This document shows, piece by piece, positions 12,252 through 24,040 of a stretch of 64,000 bases of DNA. A program made the position numbers and the translations under genes. Origin of the DNA: Ranitomeya imitator (taxonomy: Eukaryota); the NCBI RefSeq assembly GCF_032444005.1, contig NC_091285.1:644304001-644368000 (forward strand), read 5' to 3'. Numbering within the stretch: the stretch's first letter is position 1; each line of letters starts with the position of its first letter. Under the pieces are notes generated by a model. The model saw only the letters and a program-made list of their open reading frames with translations, did not search any database and was not told the origin of the DNA.

Positions 12252-13093
12252 TCATTGAACTTATAAAAACAAAAACGAGGAACGTGGCGCAGAGGCCCAT
12301 GCAGGACGGGGCGTGGGTGTAACAGATAAAAACGGAGAGGCACATGTCTCATTCATTATGGATTTTGCAGAGGGTTTCAAACACTGGTATCATTAACCCC
12401 TCGTTTGTTTGTTTTTTTTGGCTTAAAAAAAAAAAAAAAAAAAAAAAACAAGCCACCGCCCATCTTCCATGAGAACAAGTAGCGGAGATGGCTTCATGAA
12501 AGTGAATGGATGAGGCTTTCGTCGGAAGTCAGAAATGACGACTTGTCAGTCTCTGGAAAACTTGGGCAGTGGAATATATCAGCCACATCGGTCAGAAGAT
12601 GTCGGAGCCTTGTCTGCTTCACTTTGCTTCCTGCAGGCGATTCCGTCCTGTAACCTCGCTTCTCGGGCAAGTTCTAATGGATCGAGATCAGACCAACCTC
12701 ACAGAAAATGTAACGCTTCTGTGAGACGATATCGGAGGATCCAAAACAGTCAAAATTAAAAAAAAAAAAAAAAAAAAAAGCGCCTTCAGGCCCAAAAATT
12801 TTATAAGAACAGAGTCATACGGCTCAGGAAACAGAGCTGTGGGGGGTTCAGACACCACCATCCTCCTGCCACGGACACAGATCCCATGGGTGCAGTCAGC
12901 TGCCGGTAAATACCTCTTGCCTCATACTAATATAGTTCTTCATGGATGAATTAATCCAGTCTGACTCCATGTCGTGTGTGTGCCCTCAGCCCTCACTTCA
13001 TGGCTTGGATTCCTGCGGCTCGGAGTCTTCTTCTTCCTGTGGTGTGGAGCAGCAGGGTCGGTCAGAACGGAGCCTGCTCCCCGCTGCTGGGGC

Positions 13094-13202
13094 TTACGAG
13101 CGACTTCGGTTCTCCTGGTTCCCAGAGATGATGCGACTGTACAACTTCTGTTGTTCCTCTTTGAAAGCATCTTTGACCTTTTCACGTTTTAACCCTCCAT
13201 CC
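13094..13202 (-). CDS. gpat4: GPAT4 coding exon 12 (last): DGGLKREKVKDAFKEEQQKLYSRIISGNQENRSRS*
   Basis: 109 nt, acceptor ttctgcag|, stop TAA at 13096-13094; matches the known GPAT4 C-terminus. Confidence 0.97.
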
Positions 13203-13281
13203 CTGCAGAACGGAACAAGAAAAGAATTGGCCAAATCGGCCAGGCTGAGAGCAACAATGTGAAACTATCTCCCAATCTTAC

Positions 13282-13361
13282 CATAGTAGATCGACAAGTC
13301 CGCCCTGCCTGGCGATTGCAGACTTCACCCGGTTTGCAAACTGAACTGCGTCTTCATTTTC
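13282..13361 (-). CDS. gpat4: GPAT4 coding exon 11: ENEDAVQFANRVKSAIARQGGLVDLLW
   Basis: 80 nt, cag| ... |gtaaga; frame consistent; followed by a 79-nt intron. Confidence 0.97.
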
Positions 13362-14148
13362 CTGTGATAATACAAACAAGGGAAAGATTGGGGCAGGGGT
13401 TGTGCTTCTGCATATCAGGTGTCATTATTACAGAATTCAGTAAGAAAAAAAAATAAAAAAATTACCAGTGCGATTACGGCGATACCAAACTAATCCTTTT
13501 TTTTAAATTTGATATTTGGTTGTAGAGCATTTTTGGTTGATACCATTTTGGAGTATATATAACTTTTTAATTTTTTTTTTTTTTTATAGCAGTTTGAGGA
13601 GTTGTTGGAAAAAAAAAATGCAATTCCTACATTATGAATCAATTTCTGCTGCTGTGCTTGCACAGCGACACTCGAGGAGCCCAGCGGCGCGCTCAAAATG
13701 AAAGTGCGGAGCACAAGGTGGCTATGGCAAAAACTGTTAATCAAGACAGGGATTAATATGCAAATTAGAGGGCGTAATAGCGCCTTAATTAGCATTTTAA
13801 ATAAGTAGATTTTGCTGAAAATATAACATTAAAGTGCATATGTCCAATATGATTTTTATATGGGCAAAGTCTCCCATCAAAAATGCAGCCTTCAGTTCGT
13901 CTCCATATCTCTCATTGATCTACAATGAGCTCTACATATAATTTTGAGAAGCTGCATTTTTTACATGCAATTTTTCAGCTGCTCTTTACTAGTGTTTAAA
14001 AGCATCTCAATAAGTATGTGCAATATGAATAATATTAGCAAATACCTCCAACTAGAAATGTACAGTTCTTCTGATTCACTGTGTCACTTACCCCATGTGT
14101 AGGGCCATTGCAGAAGCTTAGGTATCCATGGTTATGACCACTCATATA

Positions 14149-15769
14149 CAGTGCCTTGCAAAAGTATTCGGCCCCCTGGAACTTTTCAACCTTTTCCCAC
14201 ATATCATGCTTCAAACATAAAGATGCCAAATGTAAATTTGTGGTGAAGAATCAACAACAAGTGGAACACAATTGTGAAGCTGAACGAAATTTATTGGTTA
14301 TGTTACATTTTTGTGGAAATTCAAAAACTGAAAAGTGGGGCGTGCGATATTATTCGGCCCCTTTAACTTAATACTTTGTTGCGCCACCTTTTGCTGCAAT
14401 TACAAGTCGCTTGGGGTATGTCTCTATCAGTTTTGTACATCGAGAGACTGAAATTCTTGCCCATTCTTCCTTGGCAAACAGCTCGAGCTCAGTGAGGTTT
14501 GATGGAGATCGTTTGTGAACAGCAGATTTCAGCTCTTTCCACAGATTCTCAATTGGATTGAGGTCTGGACTTTGACTTGGCCATTCTAACACCTGGATAC
14601 GTTTATTTATGATCGATTCCATTGTAGATTTTGCTTTATGTTTGGGATCATTGTCCTGTTGGAAGACAAATCTCCGTCCCAGTCTCAGGTCTTTTGCAGA
14701 CTCCAACAGGTTTTCTTCAAGAATGGCCCTGTATTTGGCTCCATCCGTCTTCCCATCAACTTTAACCATCTTCCCTGTCCCTGCTGAAGAAAAGCAGGTC
14801 CAAACCATGATGCTGCCACCACCATGTTTGACAGTGGTTATGGTGTGTTCAGGGTGATGAGCTGTGTTGCCTTTACGTCAAACATATCATTTGGCGTTGT
14901 TGCCAAAAAGTTTGATTTTGGTTTCATATGACCAGAGCACCTTCTTCCACATGTTTGGTGTCTCCCAGATGGCTTGTTGCAAACTTTAAACAACACTTTT
15001 TAGGGATATCTTTGAGAAATGACTTTCTTCTTGCCACTCTTCCATAAAGGCCAGATTTGTGCAGTGTACGACTGATTGTTGTCCTATGGACAGACTGTCC
15101 CACCTCAGCTGTAGATCTCTGCAGTTCATCCAGAGTGATCATCGGCCTCTTGGCCGCATCTCTGATCAGTCTTCTCCTTGTTTGAGATGAAAGTTTAGAG
15201 GGATGGCTGGGTCTTGGTAGATTTGCAGTGGTATGATACTCCTTCCATTTCAATATGATCACTTGCACAGTGCTCCTTGGGATGTTTAAAGTTTTGGAAA
15301 TCATTTTGTATCCAAATCCGGCTTTAAACTTCTCCACAACAGTATCACGGACCTGCCTGTTGTGTTCCTTGGTCTTCATGATGCTCTCTGTGCCTCAAAC
15401 AGAACCCTGAGACTATCACAGAGCAGGTGCATTTATACGGAGACTTGATTACACACAGGTGGATTATGTTTATCATCATTAGGCATTTAGGACGACATTG
15501 GATCATTCAGAGATCCACAATGAACTTCTGGAGTGAGTTTGCTGCACTGAAAGTAAAGCGGCCGAATAATATTGCACGCCCCACTTTTCAGTTTTGAATT
15601 TCCACAAAAATTTAAAATAACCAATAGATTTCGTTCAATTTCACAATTGTGTTCCACTTGTTGTTAATTCTTCACCAAAAATTTACATTTTGTATCTTTA
15701 TGTTTGAAGCATGATATGTGGGAAAAGGTTGAAAAGTTCCAGGGGGCCGAATACTTTCGCAAGGAACTG
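14149..15769 (-). mobile_element. Tc1/mariner transposon, full length, frameshifted transposase
   Basis: TA-flanked CAGTGCCTTGCAAAAGTATTC / GAATACTTTCGCAAGGAACTG with long TIRs. ORFs 15379-14924 (HTH: MKTKEHNRQVRD...) and 14808-14368 (QQDNDPKH, WPSQSPDLNPIENLW). Confidence 0.95.
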
Positions 15770-15908
15770 TAGTATCAAGTTAGACAGCTCTTCGTGGTCG
15801 TAACTATGGATACATAAGCTACTGTAATGCCCTATATATGGGGTAAGCAACATAGCAAATCAGAAGAACTAGACTACATTTCTAATTGGGGGTATTTGCT
15901 ATTATTAA

Positions 15909-17156
15909 CCCATTCATGACCTTGGGATTTTCCGTTTTTTTCCGTGTTCGTTTTTTGCTCCCCTCCTTCCCAGAGCCATAACTTTTTATTTTTCCATCAA
16001 TATGCCATGTGAGGGATTATTTTTTGTGAAAAGAGTTGTACTTTTGAATTACATCATTGGTTTTACCATGTCGTGTACTAGAAAACGGTAAAAAAAATTC
16101 TATGTGCGGTAAAATTGCAAAAAAAAAGTGCAATCCCACACTGGTTTTTTGTTTGGCTTTTTTGCTAGGTTCACTAAATGCTAAAACTGACCTGCTATTA
16201 TGATTCTCCAGGTCATTTCGAGTTCATAGACACCAAATATGTCTAGGTTCTCTTTTATCTAAGTGGTGAAAAAAAAATTCCAAACTTTGCTATAAAAAAA
16301 AAAAAAAAAAACAATTGCACCATTTTCCGATACCCGTAGGGTCTCCATTTTTCGGGTCGGGTGAGGGTTTATTTTTTGCGTTCCAAGGTGATGTTTTTAT
16401 TGATACCACTTTTGTGCAGATACGTTCTTTTGATCGTCCGTTATTGCATTTTAATGCAATGTCGCAGCAACCAAAAAAATGTAATTCTGGCGGTTCAAAT
16501 TTTTTTCTCACGCCATTTAGTGATCATGTTAATATCGGGCGATTCTGAATGCGGCGATACTAAATATGTGTAGGTTTGATTTTTTTTTTTTTACTGTTTT
16601 ATTTTGAATGGGGTGAAAGGGGGGTGATTTAAACCTTTACATCTTCTTCACATTTTTTTTTAAACTTTTTTTTAACTTTTGCCACGCTTCAATAGCCTCC
16701 ATGGGAGGCTAGAAGCTGGCACAACTCGATCGGTTCAGTTACATGGGAGCGATCATCAGATCGTTCCTATGTAGCTGAATTCCTGCATTGCTATGAACGC
16801 CGACCACAGGGTGGCGCTCATAGCAATCTGGTATCAGCAACCATAGAGGTAACCTATGGTTACTATGCAGACGCATCGCTGACCCCCGATCATGTGACGG
16901 GGTCGGCGATGCACTCATTTCCAGCCCGATGGCCGGAAGCGCCGGTTAAAATGCCGCTGTAGGCGTTTGACAGTGGCATTTAACTAGTTAATAGTGGCGG
17001 GTGGATCGTGATTCCACCCGTCGCTATTGCGGGCGCATGTCAGCTGTACAAAACAGCTGACATGTCCCGGCTTTGATGCAGGCTCACCGCCGGAGCCCAC
17101 ATCAAAGCAGGGGATCTGACCTCGGACTTACTATTCCATCCGAGGTCAGAAAGGGG
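15909..17156 (-). mobile_element. piggyBac-like non-autonomous element (TTAA TSD)
   Basis: ttaa|CCCATTCATGAC ... GGTCAGAAAGGGG|ttaa; reverse-complement relative of 46926-48204. Confidence 0.8.
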
Positions 17157-18162
17157 TTAATATTACACCTATTACATATTGGGAGAAGATCTTGGAGATG
17201 GGAATACCATGTTAAGGAAAAAAAATGCACTCTTTAATAAGTAGTTGGAAATAAAAGTTACATTTTAATTTTTATAGAATTTTTTAGCTAGGGTCTATTT
17301 GCCTTTGGCAATTAGTAAATAATCAGTAATAACCATACGCTGATTCTTCTGAAGAGTTGAGGGGTTACTCATCGTCAGCACATTTACAAGGCCCTCAGTG
17401 AGCGGCCTGATGTAATATGTAGTAAGGGCTTGCCAGGGAAGGGACAGGATCACCAGACGAGACGCAGCGCTGACCTCTATGATGAAACTTGTCTGCAATC
17501 AGCTTTTGCAATGAGCCACTAACCAGACATCCGAGACTTGCTGATTCTGGATAACATACATCTGTATTAGTTTAGAAATGCAATATATAATGTATTAACT
17601 CCGTCCTTCTCCAGATTTATCATATCCACTGGGTTACAGGAAAGAATGAAGCTGGACCTTCCTCCGGCTGCTCTCTATCGATCAATGACTGAGCAAACAA
17701 ACCCATGTCTGGAAATATTTATGCCTGGACAGCAAGGGGTAAGACGTGAGGATTTTATGTAACAGGCCATTAGAGTTTATAATTGAATTCTACTTCCGGC
17801 AAATTGTTTAATCCTGGCGATATTTCAACGTAGGAGCAAGTGTGGACAACTAGCGTCGAGCATAAGATTATAGGAGGCCACGGATTGCCACTACATCGTC
17901 AATGCAATTAAGATCAGAAGGGAATATGATAATTATAGGAAAATGATCCGGACTGGTTCTTGGTCCATGGAGAATTAGCACAACAGCTGGTACGTGGCAG
18001 CAAACCGACTTTACCTACTAAGAAGAACTTCTGCTCATAAATATATAAAGTGACGTTTATCAGGAAATTTTCAGCCTCCTCTTTGTTCTGGTGGTGGGGG
18101 AACCTTGCCCCGAGACCACCACCGATTTTTGCCATCTGCTAGCTACATCCATGTGTTATTAC

Positions 18163-18291
18163 CTGCCGTGTCATAGGAGGTAGGTACCAGACGCTGCACA
18201 CGATGGCCCAGCTGGTCATCATTCGCAGGAGGTAGGTGATCATCCCATACTTGCTGCTGTTGTAGAAGGCTTCGCCAAAGCGAGGATCGTA
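18163..18291 (-). CDS. gpat4: GPAT4 coding exon 10: YDPRFGEAFYNSSKYGMITYLLRMMTSWAIVCSVWYLPPMTRQ
   Basis: 129 nt, cacag| ... |gtaata. Confidence 0.97.
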
Positions 18292-18370
18292 CTGTGCAGG
18301 TAAGAAAGAGTCAGGGACACCACAAATCTCAGTCTATTGCTAAAGCTTTACCCAAGATCCGTGAGCTCAC

Positions 18371-18456
18371 CTTGATAGCCACGGGATACACGGTGGCTCC
18401 GACTTCGAAGCTTCCCTTCTTGAACATCATGACGGATGTGTTATTGATGCAGGTCC
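18371..18456 (-). CDS. gpat4: GPAT4 coding exon 9: (G)TCINNTSVMMFKKGSFEVGATVYPVAIK
   Basis: 86 nt, ttcag| ... |gtgagc; acyltransferase motifs III/IV. Confidence 0.97.
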
Positions 18457-18666
18457 CTGAAAGGAGAGAAATCGGCAGAACGGGAATTTACGACATCTGT
18501 ACATTCTTTCATGTGATTGCATTTTTCTCTTTTCCAAATGAACAGTGTAAGTGCTGAAACTCTGCAAATCAATCCCCACGCTGACACGAGTGAGAAAAGA
18601 GGTGGGTCGCATTTTGTAAAGAGGTGCATGACATTTAAAAAAAGACTAACATCGTTCCGCTCTTAC

Positions 18667-18722
18667 CTTCCGGAAATATTAGGATGGGAAGTTTACTTTT
18701 GTCTTGTACATGATCTGTCAGT
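18667..18722 (-). CDS. gpat4: GPAT4 coding exon 8: LTDHVQDKSKLPILIFPE(G)
   Basis: 56 nt, ccccag| ... |gtaaga; FPEG motif. Confidence 0.97.
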
Positions 18723-18836
18723 CTGGGGAAAAGGAAAGGGATTGTTAGAACAGATTACAATAGGAAGCATGCTGGGGAAAAAAAAATGAGGGGCTTCAAA
18801 GTGTTGGCCAAGTTATGTCGTAGAGATGAAAGTATT

Positions 18837-19911
18837 CGGTCATCTCACTATCGAGCACTGATCTGCACTTGTGTGGGTCCTGGACGCTCAGGACGGTGAT
18901 CTCACTATCGAGCACTGATCTGCACTTGTGTGGGTCCTGGACGCTCAGGACGGTGATCTCACTATCGAGAACTGATCTGCACTTGTGTGGGTCCTGGACG
19001 CTCAGGACGGTGATCTCACTATCGAGAACTGATCTGCACTTGTGTGGGTCCTGGACGCTCAGGACGGTGATCTCACTATCGAGAACTGATGTGTACTTGT
19101 GTGGGTCCTGGACGCTCAGGACGGTGATCTCACTAATCGAGAACTGATCTGCATTTGTATGGGTCCTGGACGCTCAGGACGGTGATCTCACTAATCGAGA
19201 ACTGATCTGCACTTGTGTGGGTCCTGGACGCTCAGGACGGTGATCTCACTATCGAGAACTGATCTGCACTTGTGTGGGTCCTGGACGTTCAGGACGGTGA
19301 TCTCACTATCGAGAACTAATCTGCATTTGTGTGGGGCCTGGACGCTCAGGACAGTGATCTCACTATCGAGAACTAATCTGCATTTGTATGGGTCCTGGAT
19401 GCTCAGGAAGGTGATCTCACTATCGAGAACTGATCTGCACTTGTGTGGGTCCTGGACGCTCAGGACAGTGATCTCACTATCGAGAACTGATGTGCACTTG
19501 TATGGGTCCTGGATGCTCAGGAAGGTGATCTCACTATCGAGAACTGATCTGCACTTGTGTGGGTCCTGGACGCTCGGGACAGTGATCTCACTATCGAGAA
19601 CTGATGTGTACTTGTGTGGGTCCTGGACGCTCGGGACAGTGATCTCACTATCGAGAACTGATGTGTACTTGTGTGGGTCCTGGACGCTCAGGACGGTGAT
19701 CTCACTAATCGAGAACTGATCTGCACTTGTGTGGGTCCTGGACGCTCGGGACAGTGATCTCACTATCGAGAACTGATGTGTACTTGTGTGGGTCCTGGAC
19801 GCTCAGGACGGTGATCTCACTATCGAGAACTGATGTGCATTTGTGTGGGGCCTGGACGTCCAGGACGGTGATCTCACTATTTAGAACAGATCTGCACTTG
19901 TGTGGGGCCTG
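18837..19911. repeat. 57-bp minisatellite, ~19 copies, in a gpat4 intron
   Basis: Unit gagaactgatctgcacttgtgtgggtcctggacgctcaggacggtgatctcactatc; gives 19-aa periodic pseudo-ORFs on both strands. Confidence 0.97.
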
Positions 19912-20326
19912 ATACAACTTTCCATCAGAAACCTCCATAAAACTTAATGCGCATGCGGTAGTTTTCTGATGTCCAGGACCACCACAATTATAGAGAAGAA
20001 TATTCACCAGTAAGTGCCACATATTCCCCTTTCCAACCCCTGAATTATCTTGTAAGATCTAGAATGTGTCTGACTTTCGATGCATTTAACAAAAATTTCA
20101 GCATTGAAGGAGATAAGAATAGTGAGTCCTTGTTGTGAATAATTTTTCTAATTTTTATTTAGATCCAGCACCAAGAAACGGATAACGTCCAAAAATTCAA
20201 CCAACAGGTGGCCTTCCAACAGGTGGTCTTTATCAAGGATGTCTGGGTCAGGTACGGCTTGGTATGTACAGGATAGGGTATAGGTGAATAGCCTGGTGAG
20301 ACACACTCGGCTATACCTGACCCAGA

Positions 20327-20367
20327 CGTCCTTGATAAAGACTACCTGTTGGTCGAAACGTTGGATG
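20327..20367 (+). ncRNA. Candidate minimal type I hammerhead ribozyme (Penelope-type) within an inverted repeat (20216-20254 / 20314-20352)
   Basis: CGTCC-TTGATAA-A-GACTA-cctgt-TGGTC-GAAAC-GT-T-GGATG: stem I, U3-A8 core, stem II, GAAA, palindromic AACGTT stem III, GUU cleavage triplet. Confidence 0.55.
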
Positions 20368-20447
20368 GTCCTGTGTCCCCCAATGAGGCGTAGGAGAAAA
20401 TTATTCACGACGAAAACTCACTATCAGGTTTGCTGCAATCCCAGTAC

Positions 20448-20563
20448 CTTTTAGCTACAAGATGGCGATCTTTGACTTCTGACCGTTCGAACCAGACATG
20501 TGGACAGGCCTTCACCATGGCTCTTTGTATGATTCCCATTAAACCACCATGGACTTGTCCAAC
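20448..20563 (-). CDS. gpat4: GPAT4 coding exon 7: VGQVHGGLMGIIQRAMVKACPHVWFERSEVKDRHLVAKR
   Basis: 116 nt, tttgtag| ... |gtactg; FERSE motif II. Confidence 0.97.
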
Positions 20564-20640
20564 CTACAAAAAAGAAATCTGAGTATAAAGGCCACATCAG
20601 GGGGCAGGGACAGAGAGTTGGGAGGTAACCAAACACTCAC

Positions 20641-20734
20641 CATAGCGTAGTACCCATCGCTGGCCAGGATGATGACGTCTATCGGGGAGGTGTGATTGGC
20701 CACACAGATACCCCCTTTCCTCGGACGGTTCTCA
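20641..20734 (-). CDS. gpat4: GPAT4 coding exon 6: ENRPRKGGICVANHTSPIDVIILASDGYYAM
   Basis: 94 nt, catcag| ... |gtgagt; catalytic HxxxxD (NHTSPID). Confidence 0.97.
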
Positions 20735-21032
20735 CTGATGAAGACAGAGCGTAAAAGTCGTACACATCACAATACTGTACGGGAAAGTCTAGATGCAGCA
20801 GAATACATCAGACAAGGATTTTTGCCAAAAATCCGGTGCTACGTGCAGATTGCGAGGCCTTGAAATTGCGCTCATTTTTCCATACGATAACTGTGGATGG
20901 ATCAAAACTCCTTCTATATTTATTGTACTGTAATTTGCTGCGAAATCCACAAAGCAAATCCCCCAAATCTGGAGTGGCCCGAATGCAGGTCACCACTGCC
21001 AATCCCCAGCAGACAGGGAGGCCTGGACTTAC

Positions 21033-21122
21033 CTGCCGTGATATGTAATGATTGCAGTGAGGGCCCGCACGCAGATCCGGTAACACATAAGGTGCACGTG
21101 CTTACTCAGGAACTCCTTGCAC
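21033..21122 (-). CDS. gpat4: GPAT4 coding exon 5: CKEFLSKHVHLMCYRICVRALTAIITYHG
   Basis: 90 nt, ctgtag| ... |gtaagt. Confidence 0.97.
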
Positions 21123-22263
21123 CTACAGAGATCATATGCATCAGAAAACAATGCTGACAAAATGAAATAAAAAAAAGCAGAGCAAGTGTCCAGGATGGTC
21201 TTTTCTGAGCTTAGAGGGGTTAAACTGGATTAAGGCTAAGAGCTCAGCGCAGGCTGCAATTTACCAACACACCTTCTGTTAATGTGACGTCCTAGATGGC
21301 TCTTTCCAAGGACCACAGCTGTAGGGAGACAGGCTGTGCTTACATGAACTCTGCGGGATCAAGTGCCAACGTCTGCTCTCAGCACACGAGCAGGGAGGCA
21401 AAAATGAAGTCCGTCCCCCCAAACAGCTATGGAGATAAGTATATGGGTACTCAACCTTAAAGGATAACCCCGGCACAGCTCCCTTCCCTAATGATTTTCT
21501 GGTGCCTGCACAGCCAGCGATGGCACAAGGCGCCGAGCTCAATGACTAGCTGCAGCGCTATAGACATTGCGTCAGTACTGCGGACAATAACAGATGTTGG
21601 TGGACACGCAGCGCTGGACCCAGGGAGGGCGAGTAAATCACAGTATGCTTAATGTTATGATCGGTGGAGGTCCAACCACTATGACCCTCCCTGATTTAGG
21701 AGAATGGTGGATGACATGTCTCCATGCGCATGGGGTGATAGTGTGCGTCCACGACTACCGCGACACGTCTATGGGTATATCTGACTATGGCTCCTATGGA
21801 CAGTACATGGGGCGGCCGTCAGACATATGCAGCCTCTCTCCATTCACATGGGTGGGACGCTGTACTGGTGTCGGGTGCGGACCCCCGCTGATATATTTAT
21901 CGCCTTCCCCGTGGGTGGGATTGATCAGCATTCCCAACATTTCTGCTTCAATAATTACTAAAGCGACTGATAATAGATCATTTCCTGGCAGCAGGGAGCA
22001 AGCGGGAACAGGCGTCCTGCTCTTGTAGCAGTACTGGGGGGAAGCCTGCTGCGACTACTGGGAAAGAGATGGCTGGACCTAATAAGACAGTGTGATAGTG
22101 GGCTGGGAAACGAGGGGTGTGAGGCCAGGCTGACTTGAGCTCGCTTGCTGGACACTTGCTCCTTCACCATGTTGTGTGGACGTGTCCCCGGCAATGCGCC
22201 TCCTATTTTCCAGGCCCCCGTTACACACAGCAGTAAGGTAACGGTACGGTGTTACATACTTAC

Positions 22264-22338
22264 CGGCCATTCGGCAAGTATCCGACTAGTGTAGTACCAA
22301 ACACTAAAAGCCCGACCCCCGTGAAAGCCAGAGCAATC
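22264..22338 (-). CDS. gpat4: GPAT4 coding exon 4: IALAFTGVGLLVFGTTLVGYLPNG(R)
   Basis: 75 nt, tttcag| ... |gtaagt; transmembrane segment. Confidence 0.96.
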
Positions 22339-22424
22339 CTGAAAGGAGACCGGGGAGACCATCAGCGTTGCGTGCTCACGTACTGCCACTCCGTTTCCCC
22401 ATAGCTCCCCCGCAGCGCAGTTAC

Positions 22425-22716
22425 CTGAGGGGCAACAGGAAGGTGTACCGCACCAGCATGCCCAGACCCCACAGCACGGTGAGCCGCAGACTAATGTGCT
22501 GAAAGTTGTAGTTGGTTCTGCTCAGCAGGTTCCAGGTCTCCAGCTCCTCCGCAGAGAAGCGTTTGGTCACCTCATCGTCCATGATGCTCTCCATGCCCTG
22601 CCGACAGAAGTAAAAGATGTCCGACAGCTCGAACTCCGGCTTGTCCAAGGAGCGGCCGTTGCCCCGCAGATCCCAGATCCCCTCTTCCAGTGAGGTGCTA
22701 TCCTTAGCGATGATTC
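22425..22716 (-). CDS. gpat4: GPAT4 coding exon 3: GIIAKDSTSLEEG...PEFELSDIFYFCRQGMESIMDDEVTKRFSAEELETWNLLSRTNYNFQHISLRLTVLWGLGMLVRYTFLLPLR
   Basis: 292 nt, ctcag| ... |gtaact. Residues MESIMDDEVTKRFSAEEL and LTVLWGLG are GPAT4-type rather than GPAT3-type. Confidence 0.97.
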
Positions 22717-23742
22717 CTGAGCGTTGTGAAAAAGGAGAACACAGAAGATGATGGGTGTAATAGTCACTACCCTCACGTTTGTATGGGAATGGATGTGGTA
22801 CAGCGAGAGCAAGTCGGGATTTTTGGGGGGGTTGTTAAGAAACACTGGTCTTACAAAACTTACCACCAAATGTGAAATAGTGACACATGCTCACTAGCCA
22901 AACACTGAATTGTTAGCATACCCTAGACCACCAGAGCCTGACGCTCATCACCACGGACGGAGAAATTACCTTAGGGCATCTTTGCCCTAGACCACCAGGA
23001 ACCTAAACTCCCCTTCACACACAAGCTACCCTAGTCCCCTAGAGATGCGGCCAATCACTTGCCTGCCCTAGACCACCAGGGCCGATGGCACAATATTTGG
23101 GCATTACGTGAGCTGTACGGTTCATTAACTGGGAACTTTACCGCAATATGTGTCCAAAGGATAAGTGATGACTTGCAGGTAAGAAGGGATCTGACAGCGG
23201 AGACTCACACAGATCCCAAAAATGGAGCTTGTCGAAATATTTCATACAATTCATTCACAAGAGCCTGCTGGAGATTGACAGCGTCTGCACTTTTTCCTCC
23301 AGTCACATAGACAATGAGTGGAGCAGTGGCAAGGATGCAAGACCACCTTGTCCATAGATACAGCGAGTGTGCTACTGCCCCCCTGCTCGAGGGTAACGGG
23401 ACGCCCATCTTGTGATCTTGGAGGGGGTCCTACTCAATTCCAGCCATACACTGGATCAGTCTGTGCCCGGCTTATGACAAGAAGGGGTCTCGCTCGCGGC
23501 AGAAGACGTCAGAGGACTGCAAATAGAAAATGTCAGCAAGACGGGAAGAACAGGAAGCATGACGTTTGCAGAATGGAGAAACACGAGCATACACGAAAAG
23601 TGGAGCAGAAGAGTCAGATGGACAACATAAGGGACAGCAACAAGGGCCAGGATCCAGTGTTGCCTGAAATAGAGGGATGAACCAGAGCATGGAAATACAG
23701 GGGGCAGAGAACGCTGTGCCGGCGAGGTGTGAGCGCACATAC

Positions 23743-23812
23743 CATTGGTGAGAGGCTTGTACAGCATGTGACTGTTCTCCTTCACTCCTCTCTCGATCCG
23801 CAGAGTGGCCCA
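23743..23812 (-). CDS. gpat4: GPAT4 coding exon 2: WATLRIERGVKENSHMLYKPLTN(G)
   Basis: 70 nt, ttttgcag| ... |gtatgt. Confidence 0.96.
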
Positions 23813-24040
23813 CTGCAAAACATGGCCGGCGTCAGCGTCACACATGGAAACAGAACCAGTCATTACATACAATTCATCGCATTACCGGAGATCAGTCAGG
23901 CGGAGAGCACAAGGGCTTGGGCATACTTGTTGACTGTTTCCATCAGAAAATCACATGTCCTGGCTATGCCCAGACTTATTCAATAGGAAGCCTCGCAGCG
24001 CCGCTCTAAGGGTATGTTTGTGTGTGTGTGTGTGTGTCTC

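Larger units (their letters stand above)
14030..17215. mobile_element. T2/Kolobok-like MITE split by a Tc1 element and a piggyBac-like element
   Basis: Pieces at 14030-14148, 15772-15904 and 17161-17215 join to reconstruct the 52943-53310-type MITE. Confidence 0.7.

Noticed and set aside
12942-13262. 106-aa plus-strand ORF
   Set aside because: Antisense shadow of the gpat4 last exon and 3' UTR.
18869-20022. ORFs with 19-aa periodicity on both strands
   Set aside because: 57-bp minisatellite whose unit is a multiple of 3; intronic.
22425-22716. Assignment to GPAT3 (AGPAT9)
   Set aside because: Diagnostic residues (MESIMDDEVTKRFSAEEL, LTVLWGLG, N-terminal LLPFDSL, C-terminal RSRS) match GPAT4.
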